DNA from: Deltaproteobacteria bacterium RIFCSPHIGHO2_01_FULL_43_49
Lineage (GTDB): Bacteria; UBA10199; SPLOWO2-01-44-7
Assembly (NCBI GenBank): GCA_001798075.1
Contig: MGRG01000005.1
Location: 193,148-257,147 of the forward strand
Length of the DNA stretch: 64,000 nt
Direction of reading: 5' to 3'
The translations under genes and the position numbers were made by a program. Position 1 is the stretch's first letter; each line of letters opens with the position of its first letter. The notes under the pieces were generated by a model. The model was not told the origin of the DNA. It searched no databases and was given only the letters and a program-made list of their open reading frames with translations. Positions 55,790-64,000 of this stretch are shown in pieces.

Positions 55790-56431
55790 CTACGATATTC
55801 TTTTAGCTAAAACACCTAGTTCTGAAATGACAGATGTTCTAGCAATAATTTGAAAGTTGTGTTGATTCAACACTGTCTCTAATTCTTGCAATGACCATGG
55901 CACCTCAGGGACTTCGTCTAGTAAATGAAAATAGCTGAAAATGCCTTCATTCAGGATGCGATACCACGCATTGCGAATAGGGACTAAAATAAGCAAGTAT
56001 CCTTGATCGCTTACAAGATTGCAGTGGATATCAATGATTTTTTGCCGCGTACTTCCGATAAAGTGTTCAATAAGTCCCCCAGAATGGACAAGATCAAATT
56101 TTTTATTAAGACTATCTAATTCAAAAACGTCGTTTTCTAGAATCTGAAAGGATTTTTGAAAATTTTTAAAGGACTTTTTACTTAAGTCCAACGCTGTTTT
56201 GTTATTGTCTACAATGATAATTTGCGCATCGTATTTTTCACCAAGAAAGCGGCTCATAACAGCAGTGCCAGCGCCCAATTCACAAAAATGGGAAGCTTTT
56301 CTAAAAGTAATGCCTCTTAGTAATCTTTCATAAGCACCTTTGACTAAACGGGACCTAAGAGATTCGATTAAAGGTTTGTTTACAAAGTTTTTGAAATAGC
56401 CATCCCAATTTACAGGCAGTTTTTCATTCAT
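55790..56431 (-). CDS. Class I SAM methyltransferase
   Basis: ELGAGT, FDLVHSGGLIEHF. Confidence 0.88.
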   Translation of the reverse strand: MNEKLPVNWDGYFKNFVNKPLIESLRSRLVKGAYERLLRGITFRKASHFCELGAGTAVMSRFLGEKYDAQIIIVDNNKTALDLSKKSFKNFQKSFQILENDVFELDSLNKKFDLVHSGGLIEHFIGSTRQKIIDIHCNLVSDQGYLLILVPIRNAWYRILNEGIFSYFHLLDEVPEVPWSLQELETVLNQHNFQIIARTSVISELGVLAKRIS

Positions 56432-56603
56432 GAGTAATATTGTTGAATTGTTTGTTGATAGAGTTTCTTTAATAACCTATTTTGAAATAGTGGCTTGGGC
56501 TAAATGGCATACGACTGATTTCTAAGTTCCGGACTTTTTTGGTAGAGGGAAAACATCGGTGCATCATAATGAAGGCCGGCAATGCGGATGATTCTAAAGC
56601 TTC

Positions 56604-57755
56604 TCACTGTGGAGGTGGTGGGAGATAAAATGTCGCGCCGAATTTTGCAAGACGATGGTGTATTTTCTGCGCCAAGGGAAATGGCTGCGCAATCAACACA
56701 TGGCTATTTTCGGGAAGATCCGATGGTGTGTAAACAGGGCGGTTCATAAAGGTTTTGTTGATGCGGCCGAGATCTTCATCTACAAAAAAATCAACTTTGT
56801 CTTCTAATTCACAAGCGAGCCAGGTGGCAGCAATACCCGTTCCGAATACTCCAAGGGGACCCTTCACTGGAAGTCTTGAAAAATGGTCAAAAGTGGCTTC
56901 AAGCCATTTAATGGCTTGAGTCACTGAGTCTAAGGAGAGAGGTTCCTTTTTGGGGGTGACCGTTTTTTTATGAGCTTTTCTCTTGCATGCGACAACCGAT
57001 ATTTTTTTAGGAATCCAATGGGTTGCTATGGTTATTATCTCATATTGCTCCGGGATGATTTCTTTTATTGTAGAAGGGGTGAAGTGTGTACAATGATCGG
57101 CAACGAGCAGGTCAAATGGGTCTTCCAAATAGTTGGGGAATTCCAGGATTAATAATCCATTGGATTCAAGTTTATCCGAAAGTTTCATCAAAAAATCTTT
57201 GGGATTAGGGATGTGTTCCAACACTTCAATAATCGTAATAAGATCGAATGTGCCCGCAATTTCGAAGGGAGGGCATGTGTGAAACGCCTTAACACCATTG
57301 ATTTTTTCCACATGTGAGCGAGTTATGTCATTCAACTCTGTGCCGGTGAGAGACCATTGGGGGGCAAATTGATTAAATGTATGGAGCCAACTGCCATTTC
57401 CACAACCGATATCAAGTAAGTTCCCCATTTTTGGAAAGTGGAGTTGAGATTCCAGACATTGTAAAAGACGCTTGGAACGGGGTAGCACCATTCCAGAGGC
57501 GCTGTCGAAGACGAGAGGCTCCTTGCCGTTGTTTTGATAATTGATCTGATAGACTTTGTAAATCTCATCGACCTCCTGCTGCCAAATTTCATCAATGATT
57601 TTTTGTACACAATGACATGTTGGGCATATCGCCAATCTCCCACCTTTACGCCAAGGTCTGCAATCTGAGGTGATGCAGTGTCGGGCCTCATAGCCCGCTA
57701 TCGTTGTGAGTCTTTCATGACCACAAAGGTGACAACAAATGCCGTCTTGGTTCAT
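56604..57755 (-). CDS. Class I SAM methyltransferase (sugar C/O-methyltransferase-like)
   Basis: CHLC..CPTC, LDIGCGNG, EVLEH, C-terminal Rossmann-like GVFGTG. Confidence 0.85.
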   Translation of the reverse strand: MNQDGICCHLCGHERLTTIAGYEARHCITSDCRPWRKGGRLAICPTCHCVQKIIDEIWQQEVDEIYKVYQINYQNNGKEPLVFDSASGMVLPRSKRLLQCLESQLHFPKMGNLLDIGCGNGSWLHTFNQFAPQWSLTGTELNDITRSHVEKINGVKAFHTCPPFEIAGTFDLITIIEVLEHIPNPKDFLMKLSDKLESNGLLILEFPNYLEDPFDLLVADHCTHFTPSTIKEIIPEQYEIITIATHWIPKKISVVACKRKAHKKTVTPKKEPLSLDSVTQAIKWLEATFDHFSRLPVKGPLGVFGTGIAATWLACELEDKVDFFVDEDLGRINKTFMNRPVYTPSDLPENSHVLIAQPFPLAQKIHHRLAKFGATFYLPPPPQ

Positions 57756-57758
57756 TTT

Positions 57759-58859
57759 TTAAATTTTTTCCGATTCCAGGACTGTTTGTATAATAAATTC
57801 GATTTGGCTTTCTGCAAGTTCTGGATACATGGGTAAACTCACTACTTGATTGGCTGCCCTTTCCGTTATCGGCAGTGATCCATAAGGAATTTGCTGATTG
57901 CTGCAAGCAGGCTGTCGATGCAAAGGGATTGGGTAGTGAATTCCCGTAACAATTCCTTGTTCCTTTAATTTCGCTTGTAGAGTTGTTCGATTGGAATGAC
58001 GAATAACAAAAAGATGCCAGACCGATTCTGTTTGAAGGCTGGTTTTAGGAAGAACAATATCGCTTTCCTTTAAAGCCTCCAGATAACAAGAGGCAAGGTG
58101 GCGTCGTTTGGCGTTCCATGAATCGAGATATTTGAGTTTCACACGAAGGATTGATGCTTGCAGTTCATCAAGCCTGCTATTTATGCCAAGAGTTTTGTGA
58201 GTGTATTTTTCTTGCCGACCGTGGTTGGCAAGCATTCTAACCTTTTGGATGAGACTTTCATTTTGGCTTATAACAGCCCCTCCATCACCAAAAGCCCCCA
58301 GATTTTTTCCAGGATAAAAACTGAAACAGGCTGCATCACCAAAACTGCCGACTCTTTTTTGTTTCCAGCGAGCTCCATGGGCCTGTGCAGCATCCTCGAT
58401 AACCTTTAATTGATATTTTTTGGCAATGTTTACGATGGCATCCATGTCACAAGGCTGGCCATACAGATGAACTGGGATAATGGCCCGAGTGGCTTTCGTG
58501 ATGGCTTTTTCAACCAGGGCTGGATTCATCAGCATGGTATCTTCACAAATATCGACAAAAACCGGTTTTGCGCCGACAGAGGCAATAGCCTCAATTGTGG
58601 CAATAAATGTGTTGGCCACGGTGATGACTTCATCGCCGGCTCCAATTCCTAAGGCCCTTAGGGTAAGGTGAAGCGCATCCGTTCCATTACCAACCCCCAC
58701 GCAGGCTTTTATTTCACAGTAGCTGGAAAATTCTTTTTCAAAACAGTCTACTTCTTTGCCTTGGATAAAAGTTCCCCCTTCCAAAACGTTGCGTATGGCG
58801 GCATCTATCTCTCCTTGGATTGTTTTATACTGGGCTTTAAGATCAATGAGTGGAATCAT
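57759..58859 (-). CDS. DegT/DnrJ/EryC1/StrS sugar aminotransferase
   Basis: [29 protein letters not shown]. Confidence 0.96.
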   Translation of the reverse strand: MIPLIDLKAQYKTIQGEIDAAIRNVLEGGTFIQGKEVDCFEKEFSSYCEIKACVGVGNGTDALHLTLRALGIGAGDEVITVANTFIATIEAIASVGAKPVFVDICEDTMLMNPALVEKAITKATRAIIPVHLYGQPCDMDAIVNIAKKYQLKVIEDAAQAHGARWKQKRVGSFGDAACFSFYPGKNLGAFGDGGAVISQNESLIQKVRMLANHGRQEKYTHKTLGINSRLDELQASILRVKLKYLDSWNAKRRHLASCYLEALKESDIVLPKTSLQTESVWHLFVIRHSNRTTLQAKLKEQGIVTGIHYPIPLHRQPACSNQQIPYGSLPITERAANQVVSLPMYPELAESQIEFIIQTVLESEKI

Positions 58860-60768
58860 TTCTTTTGTAAAAATCAAAATATGAAAATTGATGATGTAGC
58901 GTGTAATGGGGTTTCAAATTTCGAACCAGTTTTTCCGGTTTTGGGAAGAAGGAGTTTTCCAGACCATAAGGATATAATGATCGATTAATCACAACCCACT
59001 CAATGCGCTTTTCATCGATTTCCTTGGCGAAGGCGTCCAGGTTTTTATCCAGCGGTGCTTCATGAAAGTTGCTTTGCATAGTGGGAAAGGGTTTATCTGC
59101 CAAAAAGAAGGGGAGTGCCAGATCAGGATATCCAGCAATGGTATCTTGTTTTGGCAATTTTTTGAGTTCATTTACTACCTCCACAAAAGGTCTATTCCAT
59201 TCATGAGTGTATCCTCGCCATCTTTCCAAATCCACTTTGATGCTGAATTGGGGATTAATGATCCAACGTTCGTGGATTCCGACGAATGCCACGACAACGA
59301 TGAAGAGACCACCACTGAGAAGCCCAGCAATTTTTTGATGATATGGCCGGGGTTCTTTATCGTTCGTTAACAAAGTGATGAAAGTGGAACCAAAAATTAT
59401 ACAAGATGTAATAAAAATACCAGATGTATAAAGAGTTGAGGGATAAGGGAACATGAGAGCTGAGATGGTCGACGTAAAAATCAATGTTGCTGCCATTGTC
59501 ATCACAGCAGGTTCTTTGGATTTGGTTCTTAGAAAAAACCAAGAGGTCAGGAGTCCTATTGGCAACCAAATAATAGCAAACCATTGCCAATGGTAATTAG
59601 TAGCATCGGAAAACCATAAAAGGTAGTTGGCAACTCTCCATTCCAAAACCGCTTTAGGTCCATACAAAACACACCCTGTTAAAACTATTGATAGAAATAG
59701 TAACAATCCCCAAGTTAAAATGTATAAACCATTTGACCGGTATTGCGCCTTTTTCAAAAAAATACTCACACCGAAAGTGCCAAAAATCCCAAACCATAAA
59801 GTTATATCTTGCAAGGTGATGTCAGGTATCGGCGCTATCCAATGATCTATGGTTTTTGGCATTCGAATAAAAGTTTCGTGAATTATTTGTAAAAGATTAA
59901 CTCCCTTAAACAAGTACCAGAGGCAGAGTGGTGCCAACCCAATGATTATAGAAAACACAAGAATTGCTAAATGACGGACAAAATCACCAACACCCCTCAC
60001 GTTGTTTGATGCGAATCGTTCTTTTCCCGGGAACAATGCAAAGAGCAAAATGAGCATTGTCGATAAAACCCATGGGATGAGAAGCCAATAATTTTGAGTT
60101 GGAAAAGAAAGATGGCTGTTTAGTCTCAGAGGGATAAAGGCAAGAAGGAGGATCAATCCTGGGAGCGTAAAAAATATTCGATGCCATCTCTTTACATTAG
60201 AGAAAACACAAAATTGAAGGGAAATTATTTGGACCAGAGCCACAACAGAAAAAACTCCAGTCTGTTTGAAATTAAAACAAAAACCTGCAAGAAACCCTGC
60301 AAGCATTAAAAATAGCATCTTCCTTGTTTTTATCCATTCAAGCATGCCACCAAGACAACCGATCATTAGAATTTGTGTGACAGTTCCTGGTCCTGAAAAC
60401 CAAAGGACAAGGCCGGACATCCAAAAGGAACTCAGGGCCACTGTAGCAGATAGAAAAGGGTTGACAAAGCGTGAACATATAAAAAACACGACGCAGGCAA
60501 GCAATACAAAAAGAAAAAACGTCAGAGCGTGGTAGATGCTGCCATGGAGTCCAAATAACTTGAAAAGAAAGGCTAGAAAGACAGAATAACCACCCATATA
60601 TCCCAAGTGGTTATCGACGTTAGGAATTTGTCCTAGATAAGTTCTCCAAGCGTCAACAATCATAACTCCATCATTCCAATTGTCGACCAATTTCCCCATT
60701 CTTCCAAAACCAACTAGTCCCACGAGAACAATGAGAACAAAAAAAATAAGAAATTTTTTTAAAGACAT
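58843..60768 (-). CDS. Multi-pass membrane protein, GT-C (ArnT/PMT-like) glycosyltransferase
   Basis: More than 10 TMs, N-terminal loop WNDG..GQIP..D, FKQTG. Confidence 0.65.
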   Translation of the reverse strand: MSLKKFLIFFVLIVLVGLVGFGRMGKLVDNWNDGVMIVDAWRTYLGQIPNVDNHLGYMGGYSVFLAFLFKLFGLHGSIYHALTFFLFVLLACVVFFICSRFVNPFLSATVALSSFWMSGLVLWFSGPGTVTQILMIGCLGGMLEWIKTRKMLFLMLAGFLAGFCFNFKQTGVFSVVALVQIISLQFCVFSNVKRWHRIFFTLPGLILLLAFIPLRLNSHLSFPTQNYWLLIPWVLSTMLILLFALFPGKERFASNNVRGVGDFVRHLAILVFSIIIGLAPLCLWYLFKGVNLLQIIHETFIRMPKTIDHWIAPIPDITLQDITLWFGIFGTFGVSIFLKKAQYRSNGLYILTWGLLLFLSIVLTGCVLYGPKAVLEWRVANYLLWFSDATNYHWQWFAIIWLPIGLLTSWFFLRTKSKEPAVMTMAATLIFTSTISALMFPYPSTLYTSGIFITSCIIFGSTFITLLTNDKEPRPYHQKIAGLLSGGLFIVVVAFVGIHERWIINPQFSIKVDLERWRGYTHEWNRPFVEVVNELKKLPKQDTIAGYPDLALPFFLADKPFPTMQSNFHEAPLDKNLDAFAKEIDEKRIEWVVINRSLYPYGLENSFFPKPEKLVRNLKPHYTLHHQFSYFDFYKRNDSTH

Positions 60769-61343
60769 TTGGCAGGATTTCCGGCGACGGTTGTTTTCGG
60801 ATCCACATTTTTTGTAACGACAGCACCAGCACCCACAATTGCAGAAGCTCCAACAATGACACCGGGCAGAATCGTTGCATTGGCTCCAATCACGGCATTT
60901 TTATCAATCACCACGCCCTTGAGATTTTGTTTAGTCATAGGGGTGTTTGGATATTTTGCATTCGTCAAAACAACGTTGGGGCCTATCCAGCATCCATCCT
61001 CCAAAATACAATATTCGGGAATGAAGGCCTGTGTGTGGACCCGAACTCCGTTGCCAATGGTGACATGGTGCTCCACAACCGATAAAGTTCCAATACTTAC
61101 ATTATCACCTATTTGGTTGCCCTCTCGGATATTAGTTTTGTTACCCGTTTTGAAATTTTTTCCAATGATGTTTCCGGCGTAGATGACTGTGTGGGATCGA
61201 ATAACTGCGTTGTCTCCTATTATTGTTTCATAGTTTTTCGGATCTTGACCAACCGGTGGAATGCCAATGATGCAAAAATCCTCAACAATACAGTTTTTAC
61301 CGAGCTTCGTATTCGGATAAATGATGGCGTTGGAACTAATCAT
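60759..61343 (-). CDS. Hexapeptide-repeat sugar N-acetyltransferase (WbpD-like)
   Basis: Left-handed beta-helix repeats, IGANATILPG, GAGAVVTK, AGNPAK. Confidence 0.92.
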   Translation of the reverse strand: MISSNAIIYPNTKLGKNCIVEDFCIIGIPPVGQDPKNYETIIGDNAVIRSHTVIYAGNIIGKNFKTGNKTNIREGNQIGDNVSIGTLSVVEHHVTIGNGVRVHTQAFIPEYCILEDGCWIGPNVVLTNAKYPNTPMTKQNLKGVVIDKNAVIGANATILPGVIVGASAIVGAGAVVTKNVDPKTTVAGNPAKCL

Positions 61344-61352
61344 CCTCGTCTC

Positions 61353-62198
61353 TTATCTATCCTTGGACAAAGGGACTTGAGCCTTTACTACCATGTAAAA
61401 TCCCAGCCGCCCCTCCAGTTTTTTGTCGATAAGTCTTAGAACAGTTTTAAATCGTGACATCCTTTTCAAACACTCTGGTATTCTTGTAAAGCCAGTTTGG
61501 TAACAATCAATTTCTATATCTTTAAACCTACCGAACATTTTTTTTGCTTCACGTTTAGAAAAACTCTTAAGCACAGGACACTTAAATAACTCGAATAGCG
61601 ATGTCCCATGTTCTGGATTTTCAGCATTTGGATCAATTTTGAGAATCTTATGGGATAAATTCAACAAGGCATCAGCCCCTAGTATTTTTGAAAGCTGTCG
61701 TATTAAAAAAATGACTGTCTGTTGCAGTGCATATTTTCTATAAAGCATCACAATGGCCTTCCCTCCTGGTCTTAAAACTCTATAAATCTCACTGACCGCT
61801 TTCTGGGGATGAGGAGTATGATGTAAAACCCCATACGAATAGGCTATATCAAAAACATTATTCCCAAACGGAAATTTTTCACCATCCCCCTGAATTAATC
61901 TTGCTCTTTCTAAAATACCTGTTTCATCAAGCCCAATTTTTGCTTGCCTCAACGATTCCCCCGATAAATCAATTGCTGTTACTTCTCCACCTTTAATTGC
62001 TATAAGGGTTGTATCCAATCCTGGGCCACAACCTATTTCAACCACCTGTTTATTTTCAAAATCTTCTCCATTTATCAAATCAAAGATATGTGGCTCCCTT
62101 TCATACCTCCATGTCATCTTCAACCTATGGGAAGTCCACCTGCCACCCATTGGATGGGTATCCCAAAATTTTCTTACCTCCGCTTTAATGTTATCCAT
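61353..62198 (-). CDS. Class I SAM methyltransferase
   Basis: EIGCGPG, FDIAYSYGVLHH, LRPGG. Confidence 0.92.
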   Translation of the reverse strand: MDNIKAEVRKFWDTHPMGGRWTSHRLKMTWRYEREPHIFDLINGEDFENKQVVEIGCGPGLDTTLIAIKGGEVTAIDLSGESLRQAKIGLDETGILERARLIQGDGEKFPFGNNVFDIAYSYGVLHHTPHPQKAVSEIYRVLRPGGKAIVMLYRKYALQQTVIFLIRQLSKILGADALLNLSHKILKIDPNAENPEHGTSLFELFKCPVLKSFSKREAKKMFGRFKDIEIDCYQTGFTRIPECLKRMSRFKTVLRLIDKKLEGRLGFYMVVKAQVPLSKDR

Positions 62199-62221
62199 AA
62201 AAGGTCACAGGTAAAGTGCAA

Positions 62222-63259
62222 TCAAATATTTTTGATACATTGTGATTTTAACGCTTTCTGTCCCGCCTCCAAAACAGCCACCACATCTCTTGCGTGTTTT
62301 GGGCCTGTCAGTGGCTCCGAGCCATTTAGGATACAACCTAAAAAATGATCCACTTCAACTTTTAAGGGTTCTTCAGAAGAGATTTTTGGAAACCAAACAT
62401 CGCCTTTGCGTTGTAGAAATTGGAAGTTGGCAAAATTATCATAGTCCATTTGTTCACCAACTCGCGGAATTCGATCAATTCCCTTGTCTAAAATCGTAAT
62501 TTTGTTTTCGCTAATGTCATCATAGATTGCCATTTTCTTCTCACCCACCACCGTCATTTTTCGCACTCTATCCGGATCCAGCCAGCTCACATGAATATTG
62601 GCTATGACTTTGTTTTCCCACACCAGATGGGCAAAGACGACATCTTCAATGCCTCGTTGAATATAATCCATTCCATGAGCCCTTACCTCAGAGGGAAGTT
62701 TTCCATCCATCAAATAAAGCAAGATGCTTACATCGTGGGGAGCAAGATTGAACCAGGCGTTGATATCACTGCGCAGTTGGCCCAAGTTGAGACGCTGGCT
62801 ATAAATATAATAAATATGTCCCAACTCACCTTCAACAATTAATTTTTTCAAGTAGCGCACGGCGGGATGATATAAAAACGTATGTCCCACCATTAAAACG
62901 CGCCCTCTTTTCTGAAAGCTCGTTGATAGCTCCTCTGTTTGTTGCACTGTCATGGCAAGTGGTTTTTCCACCAAAACATGCTTGCCGGCCTCAAGTGCTA
63001 TTTTGGCGAGTTCAAAATGTGTAGCAGCCGGTGTGGCGATCACAATGGCATCAATTTCTTTGTCATCGAGGACCTTTTTAAAATCGGGTGTTGCCTTGCT
63101 TAGAGGGAAGTGCGTTTCTACATAAGCTCTTCTTTCAGCGTTGGTTTCCACAACCCACTTAACATGGCAGTTGGGGTGAGCGGTAAAATTGCGCAGCAAG
63201 TTCGGCCCCCAATAACCGCATCCTATTTGCGCAACGTTAATTTTTTTTTGATTGGTCAT
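62222..63259 (-). CDS. Gfo/Idh/MocA sugar-nucleotide oxidoreductase
   Basis: GCGYWG, IATP, EKPLA, LAPHD. Confidence 0.93.
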   Translation of the reverse strand: MTNQKKINVAQIGCGYWGPNLLRNFTAHPNCHVKWVVETNAERRAYVETHFPLSKATPDFKKVLDDKEIDAIVIATPAATHFELAKIALEAGKHVLVEKPLAMTVQQTEELSTSFQKRGRVLMVGHTFLYHPAVRYLKKLIVEGELGHIYYIYSQRLNLGQLRSDINAWFNLAPHDVSILLYLMDGKLPSEVRAHGMDYIQRGIEDVVFAHLVWENKVIANIHVSWLDPDRVRKMTVVGEKKMAIYDDISENKITILDKGIDRIPRVGEQMDYDNFANFQFLQRKGDVWFPKISSEEPLKVEVDHFLGCILNGSEPLTGPKHARDVVAVLEAGQKALKSQCIKNI

Positions 63260-64000
63260 GCCTTCGAATGGGTTTGAAGTGTCATTGGGCGCTCATGGAT
63301 GTGACCTTTTTCATCGTACTGATGACCGACTGTGTTAAAACGCTCTCCACACATTACAGCGCATCTTTCTAGCTTTCCATGTGCCACCGTTTTCAAACGC
63401 CAAGATTGCTCAATCAAATTAAAAAAAGTCTCTTCGACAATTGTTTTTAACGGACGCTTTTTTGCATTGATGGAGTCCATCCCACCGTTTTTGTCGATCA
63501 TTGCTAATAACTGTTTGGAAGAAGGGGTATCTTCCACTTGAATACCATACAGCCGGTCGTGAAGCCAGCCACAAGGAAATACTAAACCTTCTGCTGAGAC
63601 GTAAAGTTCCGACTTTCGTTTGGCATTACAGGTGATGTGTGTCTGATCCAGATACTTCGAAAAAGACCCGTACTTTTTTACAACATTCTCATATAAGGAT
63701 AGGCTTTGATTCTGATATTGTGGTTGTTCCGGTTTTTCCAAAAAATATTCAATTTCACCATTTTTATTGAGCACGGGTTGCTTGTCCAACATTTTATGGT
63801 TCTTATCAAAAAAACGCCCTGTCCTTTTAGCTGTGAAATTTGAAAACCCCATTTCTTTGGAGAATTGCCTAGCGCTTTCCACTTGGTGTTCGTTGTGCTT
63901 AAAAACAATAAAATCCCAGTTAGCTCGCCCACCCTCTCCAATAAATATTTTGGCGTTCTCAATAATTTTTTTGAAGCTCGTATTTCTTCGATAAATGGCG
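63256..64000 (-). CDS. Radical SAM/SPASM protein, C-terminal part (starts beyond the window)
   Basis: Frame is open to the window edge: IYRRNTSFKKIIEN..WDFIVFKHNEHQVE..FPCGW..CAVMCG. Confidence 0.75.
   Translation of the reverse strand, partial: AIYRRNTSFKKIIENAKIFIGEGGRANWDFIVFKHNEHQVESARQFSKEMGFSNFTAKRTGRFFDKNHKMLDKQPVLNKNGEIEYFLEKPEQPQYQNQSLSLYENVVKKYGSFSKYLDQTHITCNAKRKSELYVSAEGLVFPCGWLHDRLYGIQVEDTPSSKQLLAMIDKNGGMDSINAKKRPLKTIVEETFFNLIEQSWRLKTVAHGKLERCAVMCGERFNTVGHQYDEKGHIHERPMTLQTHSKA

Noticed and set aside
56432..56603. Possible gene remnant in the 172-bp gap of the glycan operon
   Set aside because: Only short open frames with no recognisable motif; a pseudogene call cannot be supported

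Overview
Bacterial chromosomal window at roughly 40-45% GC by eye. The gene content suggests a deltaproteobacterial or Bdellovibrionota-like lineage, which is inference only. The first ~42 kb is mixed housekeeping: prpB (partial), metE, ispG, enoyl-CoA hydratase, SAM hydrolase, cdd, queF, yitJ, greA, trkH, copA, two squalene/phytoene synthases, thiI, nrdJ with NrdR boxes, and thyX. The last ~22 kb is a polysaccharide export and glycan-modification locus with wzc, two wza-like genes, an ExeA-like ATPase, radical SAM enzymes, methyltransferases and a DegT/acetyltransferase/Gfo set. Main finding: four orphan genes scattered among housekeeping genes (7298, 14297, 19200, 29459) each carry the same upstream motif with identical spacing, GCAACTTTT-N10-NYCGAW, resembling a sigma-28 promoter. 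Two of them share a ~75-aa N-terminal domain fused to unrelated C-termini, which suggests a dispersed, co-regulated polymorphic effector-like family. Several families of structured palindromic repeats are also present, some inside reading frames. No rRNA, tRNA, CRISPR array or transposase was found.
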